From the NCBI GenBank assembly GCA_965655095.1, contig OZ296650.1:14694001-14758000 (forward strand): a stretch of DNA of 64,000 nt. Reading direction: 5' to 3'. Positions within the stretch are counted from its first letter, which is position 1; each line of letters opens with the position of its first letter. Position numbers and translations under genes: made by a program. This document shows positions 26,352 to 37,839 of this stretch, piece after piece. The notes beneath the pieces were generated by a model that saw nothing but the letters and a program-made list of their open reading frames with translations, searched no databases and had not been told where the DNA came from. The DNA is from Haplodiscus bocki (Eukaryota).

Positions 26352-27156
26352 ATGTATCGGTCTATTTTGCTCCTGAACTTGTGACGCTTGCATTGTAGGG
26401 AACTAATCCGTACTACCGTTGCACAGGCGTCCCTTTTCAAAGACGTAGCCATCGTAAGAGGTGTGTCTTCCGAGTTGTCATCTACAAGATCTAGCCCTTA
26501 ACTGTACAGACAACTCCAAAATGTTGCGGCATTTCACTAATTGGGGAACCGAGGAGTGTAATTGCAGTTTTCTTGGTACTACTGTGTCGTCTGCTCTAAA
26601 GCCCACCGAAGGAGTTGATCAAGTTGCTACCTGGTTTCACAGTGCTATTACTGATATTGATGTCGTGTCAGATCTTGTCCTTTTGGTAGCTACGGGTACG
26701 TCCTACACTGGATGGCATGTGGATAATGGCCCACCTTTTGAGGTAGTGGCCTCCTTATTACGTGGAAAAAAGTTGTGGATGTTTGCATCTCGTGGGTCCG
26801 GTGCTGCCTCTACTCTCGTGAAGAAGCATGAAGATGTTCATCTCAAAACCTTCATCGAAGACTTGGTGTACGGAAGATATAAGTATTTATCCTATTGTTT
26901 CCAAGATGTGGGGGACTCTGTTTGTTTTCTCGCCAGGGCCGCTCACTTCGTGTTTTCAGCAACACCTACTGATCAGTGAAATGTGTTACTGTCGCACAAC
27001 ATTCTCCATTCTGATGAAGCAGCTACGCAACTAAAGCAAAAGGCCTTCAATCGTTGTTGCGAACAACGGAACCGGGTGGTTCTGGGCCAAACGACAAAGA
27101 GGTTTGGTGTGACACGAAAGCGATTCACAGTTCGGAGAAGGTCGAATACTTCCTAG
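26352..27156 (+). pseudogene. JmjC-domain 2OG/Fe(II) dioxygenase, antisense within the LTR element
   Basis: SYTGWHVD (H 26716, D 26722), LLRGKKLWMF, QDVGDSVCFLARAAHFVFS (distal H 26944), then one TGA (26977) and in-frame NVLLSHNIL to TAG at 27154-27156. The N-terminus is frameshifted, so the start is approximate. Confidence 0.85.
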
Positions 27157-28088
27157 TAGTTAATCGTACTTTTATATGATTTCCTTTTGTAGGCTTCTTG
27201 TTTTTCGAGATTGTGTGGGGCACGGTATACTCCGTAGAAACTTTTGGGGGTATTTTGGTTAGTTAGTGTTTTTTTCTTGTCCGTTTGCAGTGTCAAAACC
27301 CTAATGTTGTTGCTGGGTAGGGAATGGGAAAAGTTAGTTTTGGATTTTATCAAAAGTAAAAGGCATTTCATTTATACCCTATGATGTAGTACACAGACAA
27401 GGCTTTTTGTGGAAGGGCTGAAGTTGCAGTCACCTATTTTGGTCTTAGAACTCGCAGTGTCAGAATTCGAAATTTCGTGCCACCAAAATTTGACTAATTT
27501 TGCTTGTCGAAACGTTTTCTTCATTAACGAAGCTCAAATTGGTTTCTAAAGTACTCTATTGTGTAGGGCTTGTTCTGGACTGTCTGTAGCAGGTCATATA
27601 TCAATTTCGTCTATCATCATCTTGGCACTCGCAATGGCAAAAGTTGAAAAATTGCGGCTGTAGAAATCCAATATCTGCACATTGTGATCAATTTCCTCAT
27701 CTAGGGCAGCTCGTATGGGTGTAGAAAATACCATATCATGGTGATCGTGTTCTTTTCTGTTCCTTGGGTTATTCTGGGTTTCTCTGTTTTTGGGACTTTG
27801 TTCATTCGCAGCGGCATAATATGTCAATTTGTGGATCTTTTTCGTGAGATAGTCAAATTGTGGTTTCTCATTTCATCTGTACACTATCTGAAAGCCTGTT
27901 TTTGATCTTCATTTGTGGAAAATTCTCTTTCGATGGGTTTTCCGGTGTGTTTTTTGTCTAGAGGTGTTAAAAGTGTTATGAAATTTTCAGTCAAAATGTT
28001 CAAATTTTTTCAGTTTTTTTGAGCCTGTTTTTCTGATTAGGTTTTGCGGATGCTTCAGTATTTGATTTCAGATATTGGAGCAACTAGT

Positions 28089-28512
28089 TTAGGGGAAGCA
28101 TATTGTTATATTCACAGTCGGACCTTGGAATTTTTCTGGCAAGTTTTTGTGCACTACTTGCCATTGGAGTTTGTCAAGTCCACTTCCAAGTTTTGCGAGA
28201 CGAATGTGGTAGACTCTGTTGCATTCGGAGTGATTTCGCATCAAAATGAGTCTGATTCTTAGCGATTTTTTGAACTGTTTATTGGAAAACTTGATTTTTG
28301 TCATTAAATTGTAAAACCACCGTCTCCAATACTTGTCATTGTAGGCAAAAACTGATCCTGGAATTAGACTTTTTGATGCCTTTGGTTTAATTTGTGGGTA
28401 AAGCTGGTTAAACTTTGCTGCCATTCCTGCTCCCATGTGGAAGTCTGAAGAAACGCAGCGTTCCATGCTGCAATTTCTACTAAAGAAGTTTTCTGTGACA
28501 TTTCTGACCTTC
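28089..28512 (-). pseudogene. TARG1/OARD1(C6orf130)-like macrodomain at the C-terminal end of pol
   Basis: CVSSDFHMGAGMAAKF...YNLMTK...SLRIRLILMRNH...IRLAKLGSGLDKLQWQVV...F....ITIC parallels TARG1 HCISEDCRMGAGIAVLF...YYLITK...MPRIGCGLDRLQWENV...ITVY. The catalytic-equivalent Lys and Asp are retained. Confidence 0.9.
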
Positions 28513-29090
28513 CGCCGTGTGTCATCTTCTATTGCATTATTATCAGGGCGTTGTTTCTTTATGTCGGATCCACGTTTTTGTGCGCCTGTTCATTGTACAA
28601 ATTGCATCTGCTGGCGTTCCTCGCGGCGGATATTGAGGAGGTCAACAAAATTACGAGTTTCTTTCCTTTCACCTCGGGATGGTCGTTTACTTGGTTGCGT
28701 TTTCCATAATTGTTGTCCCGCTGCTTCGAAAAACTTGAAGTTCTGGCATCTGTTTTGGTTCTGATATTGAAATCTCTCTGAGCGTCATAACGGTGCAATT
28801 GGTTCGATGGACTGCTCTGATTCTTCCGACAAGTCTGGAATTTGCGATGTAAGGAGTTCTGGTGGTGTTAGAACTCGTCTGGGCGCTACTGTTGGGTTGC
28901 TTCCTGGGTTGTTTGATGGTACTGCTGCTGGTGCTGCTATAGCCGGCGCTTGTGCTATTGTCAGTGGTTGTACAGTTGTTCCAAACGAGATAGAAACTCT
29001 ATTTGGGCTATCAAAGTTTGTAGTAGTGGGTGGCAGTACTTAGTCTTCTTCGTTTCCCAATAATGTTGGAAGGCCTTTGTTAAAATAGTA

Positions 29091-32000
29091 TTATTCGCCT
29101 CGGTATCTTCCTAACTCTGAATGTGTTGCAAATTTCTTCGGATCAATGTTTGCAAAATTGTCAATGGGGTATTGTGGAGTGATTGGTCTAATTCTGATTC
29201 TGTGAAGGATTTGTAAGTAACTCGTTCCCACAGTGGAGGAAAGTAGTTGGAGTCTGTTACTAGTTTCTCGATACGGTTTAATGCTAACCACTTTTGGGTG
29301 AGTTTCGGACTGAAATCAGATTGTTTAGTCAGTTTGGGATTCAAAAAAGGCAATATGTTTGTTCTTTTAATGGGTTTGCTCTTGCTTCTTGGTCATAATA
29401 TCTTCTGTATCGAGCAAAAGGTTTTAATAGGCTTTCTTTTGCGTTCGAGAACTTTTTTAGCATTTCATCCCTAAGCCATTCAACAAACTCATAGTTAAAT
29501 GCCGATTATTGGATAAAGTTGCTGTAGAATCTGGTTTCATTGGTTCTTTACCATAAAACAGAACTGTAGGTGAGCATCCAAATGATGTGTCGTAAGACGT
29601 TTTATGGATGAAAGCTGCCAATGGTACGTATTTACGCCAATTCGTGAAGGCTTGAATGTTATTCAAATTCAAGATACGGGCCACAGCTGCATATGATCTT
29701 CCTACTACCCTTATTGTTTGTGGGTGTTTAAAAGAAGCAGGACAATTTTTAATCTCCAGTAGTTTTGTAAGTTCGTGTAGAAATTCTGAGACAAATTGGG
29801 TTCCCAAATCCGACATTACTTCTTTTGGGCTATAGCTGTGGTTGAACATTAGGGAAACTAACGCTGAGACTACTGTTGCAGCACTAACCGTCATCAACGG
29901 TACTGCAAACAAGTATTTTGAGAAGACATCAATCGCTGTCAAGATATATTTGTAAGGTGTCGTAGAATATGCTGCCATAATGTCTGTTTGAAGTATGTCT
30001 CTTGGAAAAGATGTTGCTGTGGTGATCTCTTGTAATCGGGGTTTCAGTGTAGAAGGCTGGATTTCTTTAATTTGAAGGCACAAGGAACAGTTTCTGATAC
30101 GGTCCGCAATCTTCTCAATGTAATTTGGGCAGTAGAACCGTTTTCTAAATTCTGCAATTGTCCTGGTTATTCCCAAATGTCCGCCTGTTAGTGAATTATG
30201 GATTCGATACAGTATCTCTCTCAGCATTTGTTTAGGTAAACATAATTGGTTACAGAGGGTGGTACTGTTGTGGTTATAGTAGTAGGTTTCAAGATTCCAT
30301 TATCACTCAGCAGTCTTGGCCTTTGTTTGAGGTATTTTTGCTGAACTCCTATCGATTATATAATTTTGGTGGGTATGTTCCCATCCGTTATCCACTTTCT
30401 CACCTTCGTCAACCATTGATCGATCGTTCTTTCTGTTAATTCTGTAATTTGGCCATCGTCGTTTCAAGTTCTGGATAGGTGTCCATTGGTTTTGGCAATT
30501 GGATCACAATAATTGTTTTGTTGGTCGTGCATTGAATCAATTCAATATCTGTGTTTTACCTTTGAGTTGTTGTGAACTTTGCTTATAGTTTCCAGACTGT
30601 TTCAGTGTTATTAGTGTGGTAATGTCAATCACTTGTAGCAGTTCGTCCGGGTAGTCATCTGCAAAGAGTTCATTTATTGTGTTGCCACGAATTTTTGCAC
30701 GAACGTCTATTTTGACCTCTCTGATAGGTATGCGGTCCGTAAGTTTCAGTTTAATTGTTCCGATGGGGTCAGATTGAAGACGAGATAAGAAATCTGCTGC
30801 TGCATTTGCTTTTCCGGGAATATGAGCTACAACCATGTTGAAAGCTGTTACTCTGTCGACGTTGTTCCAAAGTGATGGTGGTATCGTCATTGCTTGGAAC
30901 AATCGAGTTGGGTTTTTGTTATCCGTTAGTACTAGTATTGGGTTATCACTACCACAAATGAAGTGTGAAAACGTTTCCAAAGCAAAGTAAAGTGATAAGA
31001 ATTTTTTACAATATATTGACATTTTCAGTTGTGCTGTGTTAAAGACTTTTTAGCTGAATGAGACCGGTGCGTATCATTTGACAGATTCGCCTTTGTCGTT
31101 TTTTACATAATTTTCCATCATTAGCACAAACCCACTTGATGGATAACTTGCGTCACAAAAGATTGCATACTGTAGACCTGAGTTGGCTAGTCGAAGAGTT
31201 TGGGTTGCTGTCGTTTGTAGTTTTTCTTTGAGGGTTTCGAACGCTTCCAGTTTTTCGTCCGCAAGTTCAAATGGAACAGTTTTTCTGAGGAGTTTGTAGA
31301 ATGGTATCAGGTGTTTGCTTAGGTTCGGATTGAAATTTCTAATGAATTGAAGGAAGTCAGTAAGTCTCTTCACTTGTTTTACTGATTTTGGTATTTCCAG
31401 TGCTCGTAGGAATCTTTCAATCTTTTTTTTTGCGTTTTAGGCCATCTTTTGTAATAGCATTACTAGAGAAACAAACTTGTTCAGATCCAAAAACGCATTT
31501 CTCTGGTGACAATCTGAGTTTTGATCTTTCGGAGGCATTGGAAAATTTGTCTTACGTAGGGAAGAAGTTGTTCTCGGGAATCCACTCCACATCCAAGGTC
31601 GTCCATGAACTGGGTGCAAATATTAGCAGAAAGGCATGTTTCTAGGTAGTTGCGTACAAATGCTCTGAATCCTGCTACTGCTCTATTTAGTCCTTCAGCT
31701 AACCTTTGGTAGGCCATGGTCCTTGAAGCGAAATTGAAAGCCAATAATTGTACTGAAAATGGGTCTGCCATTTGTACACAGTGGTATGCTTGTGAACAAT
31801 CAAGTTTGCAGAATAGTGACTTCCTTGCCAAGTGAGCTGTCGTGTCGGCCATTGTCGATATAGGAAAGTTGTAATTATGCTAGTCATGGAGGAGCAAATG
31901 ATTTATTAGGAGTAAATCAACTAAAATTCTGAGTTCTCCGTTAGTTTTAAGATGGGCAAAGATTGGACTACTATACTTCGATTGGCTGAGGCTGGTTATT

Positions 32001-33420
32001 ATTCCAAATTGTTGAAGTAAACAAATTCAACTTGTAGTTCTTCACGTAGATGAATAGGTGTTGGGGGACTCTGTGTATAGACCGGCTGGTCATGTTCAGG
32101 TGTGAGTTTCATCCTAATTTCGGAGTTGTAGCCAACATCGAATCTATGTTGTGCGGAAACATCTGAAAATTCAACCAAAAATTCTTCAATTTTTTGTTTT
32201 TGTGCGCCATTAAATACTGAGTCTTTCCATTTGAATCTTTGTGGAAATTTTGTTTCATAACTTTGGTTAGTTTGCTATTCAATTTGGTCCAATTCTTAGA
32301 GTATTGATAACTCGTCATAAATTCGTTTCTCAACTCCCTGCAGTCGTTCTGTATGTTTACAGGTTTCCGGCGTTGGGAGCCAGAGTTTTTTGTAGTTTGG
32401 TTTGGGTCTAGGTGGTTGAGAGTCTGAGTTGAATTCTTCATCAATAATTAACTGGTTTATTTCCTTCACAAAGTCGTCTGGGTTTATGAATTTTCTAAAG
32501 TTAGTAGTTGGGGGTCAATTGGACTCAATGTTTCTGCTTGTTAAGCTGAAAGGAATATGAAAGAACGCAATATCCGAATTTCGTGGTATTGTAATATCAA
32601 TATTTTGTAGCTTCAAAGCGGAAAGGTGCAAGTACCCATTTGAGTCTATTCTAGATAAGGACGATGTGATGCACAATCCTGTCGTGTCCTCAAAACTCAG
32701 TTTTGGTTCCACTATTCCACAGACGTCAGGGAATATCTTTTTTGATAATAGACCACCTTTAAGCGTTGTCTGTTGGTTTGAGACAATCGTTAATTTTTCC
32801 AATGTTCTCACTGTATATTGCGGCTTGGCTTCTCTTTCTGTGGGATGCGGCTGTACTTCGTTTAATTGAAGTGTGATGACTGGGAGTTTCGTGAGGTTTT
32901 TTTAGGTTACAGTTGAATGGAGTTTTTTTCGAAAAAAGAATTTCCCTGTATAATACCTTTCGTATTTGGCAAAACTGGAAAGTTTTCGTCGAACGAGTGT
33001 TTTGCTATAGAAAATGTCAATTCAATTTGGCCATGCACAAGTATAAGTTGTCTTGAAGCTAATTTGACTTTTTTTACCTCTAAATGTGGTAAATGTTGAG
33101 TTGCAAATGGTTTCAATTCCTGGTAGTCCTTATCGCTAATTGCATTTGCGCAAGCACCGATGTCTATTAGTGTTCTTCTCTGTTGACTTGGTGAGAATGT
33201 CAAGGGCACATATGAAAGAAGATCTCCTTCAGGTGAGATACATGCAGTTATTCCATTTTCTTGAGTCGTTTGTGCTTCCTGTGGTGCGTCATCATACTGG
33301 CGTGGCTCCATTCGTTTTTTGGTGCTGTTTGGTAAGGGATTTGTTGATTTCGGTTTGCTGGTTTTCTCTGATTGCAGTCCCTCACATAATGATTTGGGTA
33401 TCCGCAAATTTAGCAACTTT
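29091..33420 (-). pseudogene. pol: pol: protease, RT, RNase H, integrase (multiple frameshifts and stops)
   Basis: PR LIDIGACANAI (~33170); RT KLDCSQAYH, RLAEGL, FMDD (31481-31852); RH IFCDAS, VLTDNK, HIPGKANAAADFLSR; IN HNSLTGGHLG...CSLC, LQTDIM, MSDLGTQF; C-terminal IEKLVTDSNY...ILHRIRIRP. Confidence 0.93.
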
Positions 33421-33429
33421 GTTTTGAGT

Positions 33430-34431
33430 AAGTTGTCTATGCAATATATCCGTTATTCGAAGTTTCTTGTTTTCGTGGGTTGCCGAACCTGTTGTAGTTT
33501 AAGCCTCTGTTAATATTGAATCTATCGCGTCCTCTGTTATTAAAATTTCCACGTCCTCTATTTTCTCGTGGGTTGTTCAATCTGTTGTTTCCTCGGTAGC
33601 TCTGTTGTTGGTTATTTCTGGTGTAGTTCTGGATTGTTGTCTGGTTGTCGTTCAACAAACTGATTCTGTTCGAGAGGTCATTCTGTTGTTATTTCATTTC
33701 TTCTTGCTGTTGTGTGAGCTTTGTTAGTGCTCCGACCAAATTTTCTGAAAGTGACGAGCTCACTTCATTGAATGCATCTCTCGACCAGTCGTCACTTGGG
33801 CATAGTTCGAAGAGTACCATCTGTCGTCTAGCCACTGTACATAAGTCCTGTACTGTCGCTGCTTCATTCTGGTCCAACAGTTTTCTAATAATAATTCTAA
33901 GTTTGGCATTGCGTTTGTGAACATTTCCTTTATTCGTCTATACTTTTCATTCACAGTGTTATCCAGAATGATTTGGTTAGCTGTCTGGGCGCTGCAACTC
34001 TGTCTATTTCTCTTTTGTCATTTGGTAGTTTTGCTGGTGGTATAGGAGCAAAAACTGGGACAGGGTAGGCTTGTGCTGCTTTGATTTGTGTTTGAACCAA
34101 GAATTCCTCTGAGCTGCCGGTTTTGTGGTCAAATTTTAGATTTTTGGAGTTGTAGTTCGTGCAATTCTCTGAGGTTTGGGTTACAATAATGGTTTCGGAG
34201 GGCTGTAATGGATAGATCGAAGTTATCTCTTGTTGCTTGCGGTAGAGTTCTGAAGAACTGTAATGCTTGATCTGGTAAATGAAGTTGGAGGAATTGTGGT
34301 TGGTTTGCTGCTGCAAAGTTTCCAACATTGATTAATCTTCTGACTAAGCTTTCAAAGTTTGGCCAGTTTTCATCTGCTTTGCCGCGGAACGGGTTGAGTG
34401 TGATGTGTGGTTGAGGGATGGCAGCTGCCAT
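33430..34431 (-). pseudogene. gag: gag (frameshifted)
   Basis: MAAAIPQPHITLNPFRGKADENWPNFE...FLQLHLPDQALQFFRTL...ALRNHY resembles a retrotransposon capsid. It is followed by a coiled-coil segment and an N/R/G-rich basic C-terminus (NRGRGNFNNRGRDRF). Confidence 0.85.
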
Positions 34432-34452
34432 TTCGATTGAGGAGTTGTCCTC

Positions 34453-34470
34453 ACTTCCTTCCTGTCACCA
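34453..34470 (-). promoter_or_regulatory. Primer-binding site, tRNA-Leu-like
   Basis: Minus-strand TGGTGACAGGAAGG abuts the 5' LTR and resembles the tRNA-Leu PBS TGGTGTCAGGAG (1 mismatch in the first 11 nt). Confidence 0.65.
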
Positions 34471-34912
34471 GGTATAATTCCTTGGTTTTAGCCTTGGTTC
34501 TGAGATCCTCCTGGTGTAGCTTTCTTCAGAGCGGGGCGTGAGGAAGACTTTACAGAAAAGATTTTTTTGTCGATTTTTTTCAGTCAGCTATTCAATAAAA
34601 GCCCAAATTTTTCTTCTCGCCAAATTATCGTCATCAATATTTAATTTTTTTCACTTCTTTTGTTTCCTGTCATGCGGAAATTTTCCAATATGTTTTTCTA
34701 TTGAAAAACTGCTCATGCGTGTGTTTAAGGGGTCGGTCATAATTTATTTTTATTGTTTTTTATTGTTCCGGAAATTACTATTTGCGTTCCGGGGTGGGTT
34801 TTTTTGTAAAATTAAATATTTTTAGCTCCAATTTAGGGTTAAATTGTTTAGTGAGGGTTTATATTGATTAGCTCCAATAAGTTCATACATTTTAATATTC
34901 GAAAATGTTTCA
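34471..34912 (-). repeat. 5' LTR
   Basis: Direct repeat of 22130-22576; begins TGAAAC on the minus strand; immediately followed by the PBS. Confidence 0.9.
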
Positions 34913-36749
34913 ACGTGAAAAGTAACTTTCCAACACCACAACAAATCGATCAAAGACAGCGACCTTTATTCATCCTGAATCGGTGATAACCTGGAACGGA
35001 ACATTTTCACAAAAACCAAATGCCCCCCCGTCAGACAGCTAGACGCATGGCTGGCCAGCAAATGGTTTTATTCAGGCCGTCGAGCGGCCATTTTTAGTCT
35101 AGTCTAGAGCCGTCAGTGCTTCTTCATCCAACTCTGTTTAACCTATTTTTTTGAACGTGAGTTTTCTTCGTTTTCATTGATCAGGAAACCTTTTAGTGGA
35201 CGCAATCTCTATCTTTGGATGTTGGATCTAGGCTATTGAACATTCTACACCCATTTGATCCGAATCTTTTTCTGGAATGCGTTTAACGGATTGTCTCAGA
35301 ACACCGAAACACCCCTTTTCTCTGAAATTCCCGCATTTATTTCCAATACTGTCTAAGGTCTTCCTTCTAATATCAATTTACAACGCCGAGAACATCGAAT
35401 GAGTACGCCACTTCGTCAGAGTAGTTGATATTCCTGTTAGGCAGGTGACCGCGTCTCTCCGATTGACCTCGAGCAGAAGAGTTGAAATTACAAAATTACA
35501 TGTTGAATCTGTTCAGTGAGATGGCTACTTATTTATTCAACGGCTCTTCAAGAAACAGAGCCAGGATTGTGTCACACAGATTCCGGACAGTCAATCAACG
35601 ACTGAACCCTTGCAGCTGTAGATCTACGCTGCTGTGGCAGCTTCGGTGTGAAAAGAAAGATGGAACCCTATTGTACTACAAAGTCATTTGTCGGATGCAG
35701 CACCATGCCAGCCTACACTAGCAGTTTCGGTAAACACGGATCCTTACATCAAAATCATAAGACAATCCGAATGGCTATCCGAAACAACCGCTTGAACTGC
35801 CTATCTTTTCCGAAGTTTGGACGACTGCTGATAGCGTGGCCCCTTTGCATAAATTCTGTCGAACTCTACTTCCCAAAAGCCGACTGCGTTCGGTTGTGTC
35901 CTTCAATTCATGGTGCTCCAACGACTACGTAGCGAATCTTGAAGGTCACAAGAAAGTCTAGGAATTCAAGAACCTAGCAAAACTGAAAGTAGACCAAAAC
36001 CTTTCAGTCAAGCAATTACCAGTGAGCGAGCACATGTAAATTGTACTCCACGGAAATCAGAGTTTGGGTTTAAGATTTTAACCAGCCTAAAACCGTAGAC
36101 CAATTGGGACATTCGTAGTTTTCAAACAGAAAAATGATTTCCGTCCCGTTCCTAGGGCATCAATTACTTCAACTGACCCCTTCTTTTTGTGTCACTACAA
36201 AACTTGATCACCGAGTGGCCGAAAAATTCATTCCCCCAAGTGCGGAAAAAGTACGGAACGAAAAAGACCCAGAGGATAAAAACCAGAGGGGCGTGCCAGT
36301 TTGAAGCTTTTGAATTCTGAGCCACCAATTGCAGGAAAATTTACACAATCTAAAGAGGAGCTGCAGACAAGTATTCCCAAAAAAACAAGGTCATCATTGA
36401 ACATTATGTCGCACGTGGTAGGGGTTTTGCAAATCTATTATTTACTCAGTTGTGCTGGCGTTTGACTCAGTCAGCACTACCATGCTAAAGCGACGGTTAT
36501 TATTTATAAGTCTCATTAGGGTGCCTTGCTTAACGTGCAAACAAAGGGATTGCGTGAATTCAAGCAAGGACTTGTGAGCTATAAAGGAGACTACAAAAGA
36601 ATATTAAATTATAAACAGTGACAATTAAATATGTTGAACCGTGGAGCAAATATGACTGCGCGTACGGGAAAGGGGAATTACTCATATGGTCTTTTACGTT
36701 AGAATCTGGCATTGGTCGTGTTGATGTTGGCTGTTGTTAATTACTGTTT

Positions 36750-36822
36750 ATTGCTGATGGTTGCTACTGGTTGCAGCTAGTTGCTGCTGGTTGCTGGATG
36801 ATTGCTGCTGGTTGCTGAAGTG
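36750..36822. repeat. Degenerate 10-bp tandem repeat (TTGCTGCTGG)
   Basis: TTGCTGATGG TTGCTACTGG TTGCAGCTAG TTGCTGCTGG ... Confidence 0.75.
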
Positions 36823-36825
36823 CTG

Positions 36826-37215
36826 CTTGCAGGCGAAAAAGTCTTTCAATATTTTCGGGATATTGATGATTTGCGGCTAAGACATCTTTGCAGGCGAAAA
36901 AGTCTTTGAAAAATTCCAGGATGTTGATGATTTGAGGCTAAGACAATTCTGCAGGCAAAAAAGTCTTTGAATATTTCCAGGATGTTGATGTTTTGCGGCT
37001 AAGACAATTCTGCAGGAGATAAAGTCTTTGAATATTTCCAGGATTTTGATGATTTGCGGCTAAGACAATTCTGCAGGCGAAAAAGTCTTTGAATATTTTC
37101 GGGTGCTGATGATTTTCCGCTAAGACAAGTTTGCAGGCGAAAAAGTCTTTGAACATTTCGAAGAGGCGATGACGAATTTTGGCGAAGACAAGTTTTGAAA
37201 TTGTTTCAGAATATT
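36826..37215. repeat. Minisatellite, ~61-bp unit x ~6
   Basis: Unit GCAGGCGAAAAAGTCTTTGAATATTTCCAGGATGTTGATGATTTGCGGCTAAGACAATTCT starts at ~36829, 36890, 36950, 37012, 37073, 37133. Confidence 0.9.
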
Positions 37216-37335
37216 TTTGGAGCAAGAATTAAGCTCTAGAAATATGATGAGAGGAAAGTGGAAGAGAGTTTCGCCTCGGGGAATTAGGCCAGCTGACGGC
37301 AGGAAAGCGAATGAAAAAAGTGAGAGAGTAAGGAG

Positions 37336-37376
37336 TATTTATACCCTATTATGACGTAATCGAGTAATCGACCAAT
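37336..37376 (-). promoter_or_regulatory. Putative Pol II core promoter cluster (CCAAT, CRE-like, TATA) directed leftward
   Basis: CCAAT at 37372-37376, TGACGTAA at 37352-37359 and TATAAATA on the minus strand at 37336-37343, followed by pyrimidine-rich Inr-like sequence. No downstream ORF identified. Confidence 0.35.
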
Positions 37377-37578
37377 AGGAAAGCGTTGCGAATAGCGAAG
37401 TTAGTAAAGGTCATTTAGTCGGTAGGAATAGTTTGAATTTCACAAAAAGGGACGGGTTCTGCATACTTGATCCGTATCTCGGAATTTAGAATGAATTCTA
37501 AATCCCACGAACACAGACGAGGTGAGATTTGATCTATTAGTAACGACAATTCTCTTTCCTAGCAACCTCGTGGGGGTC

Positions 37579-37793
37579 GTGCAGTTTAAGATCCACTCAT
37601 GCTTCAGAACCGGAGCTCGTCAGCGGAATCCGCACACGCTAATACCGAAGCTAGCGTTAGTGGACACTGTTTAGACTCCAGCGGCAAGAGTTGTGCAAAT
37701 TAAGATCCAGTCTTGTTTCAGAACCGAAGTTTCTCCACGGAATCAGCACACGGTAATACCGAAGCTAGCGTTAGTGGACAGCGTTTATACTCC
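37579..37793. repeat. Two-copy ~115-bp tandem duplication
   Basis: GTGCA..TTAAGATCCA...TTCAGAACCG...TAATACCGAAGCTAGCGTTAGTGGACA...ACTCC at ~37579 and ~37694. Confidence 0.85.
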
Positions 37794-37839
37794 GATGGCA
37801 AGAATATGGAATGAATAAGTAACTAGAAAGAAACTTGAC

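Larger units (their letters stand above)
22130..34912 (-). mobile_element. Full-length, decayed Ty3/Gypsy LTR retroelement with env (errantivirus-like) and accessory genes
   Basis: Two ~445-bp direct LTRs, a PBS, gag, then PR-RT-RH-IN order (Gypsy), and env next to the 3' LTR. Candidate 4-bp TSD ATGT (22126-22129) / ACGT (34913-34916). Many stops and frameshifts. Confidence 0.95.

Noticed and set aside
28435-29043. Plus-strand ORFs 28435-28764 and 28807-29043 as additional antisense genes
   Set aside because: Shadows of the low-complexity pol C-terminal linker, with no domain motifs, unlike the JmjC ORF.
34538-34825. ORFs within the LTRs (also 22142-22351)
   Set aside because: Phe-rich translations of T-rich LTR sequence, not conserved in frame between the two LTRs.
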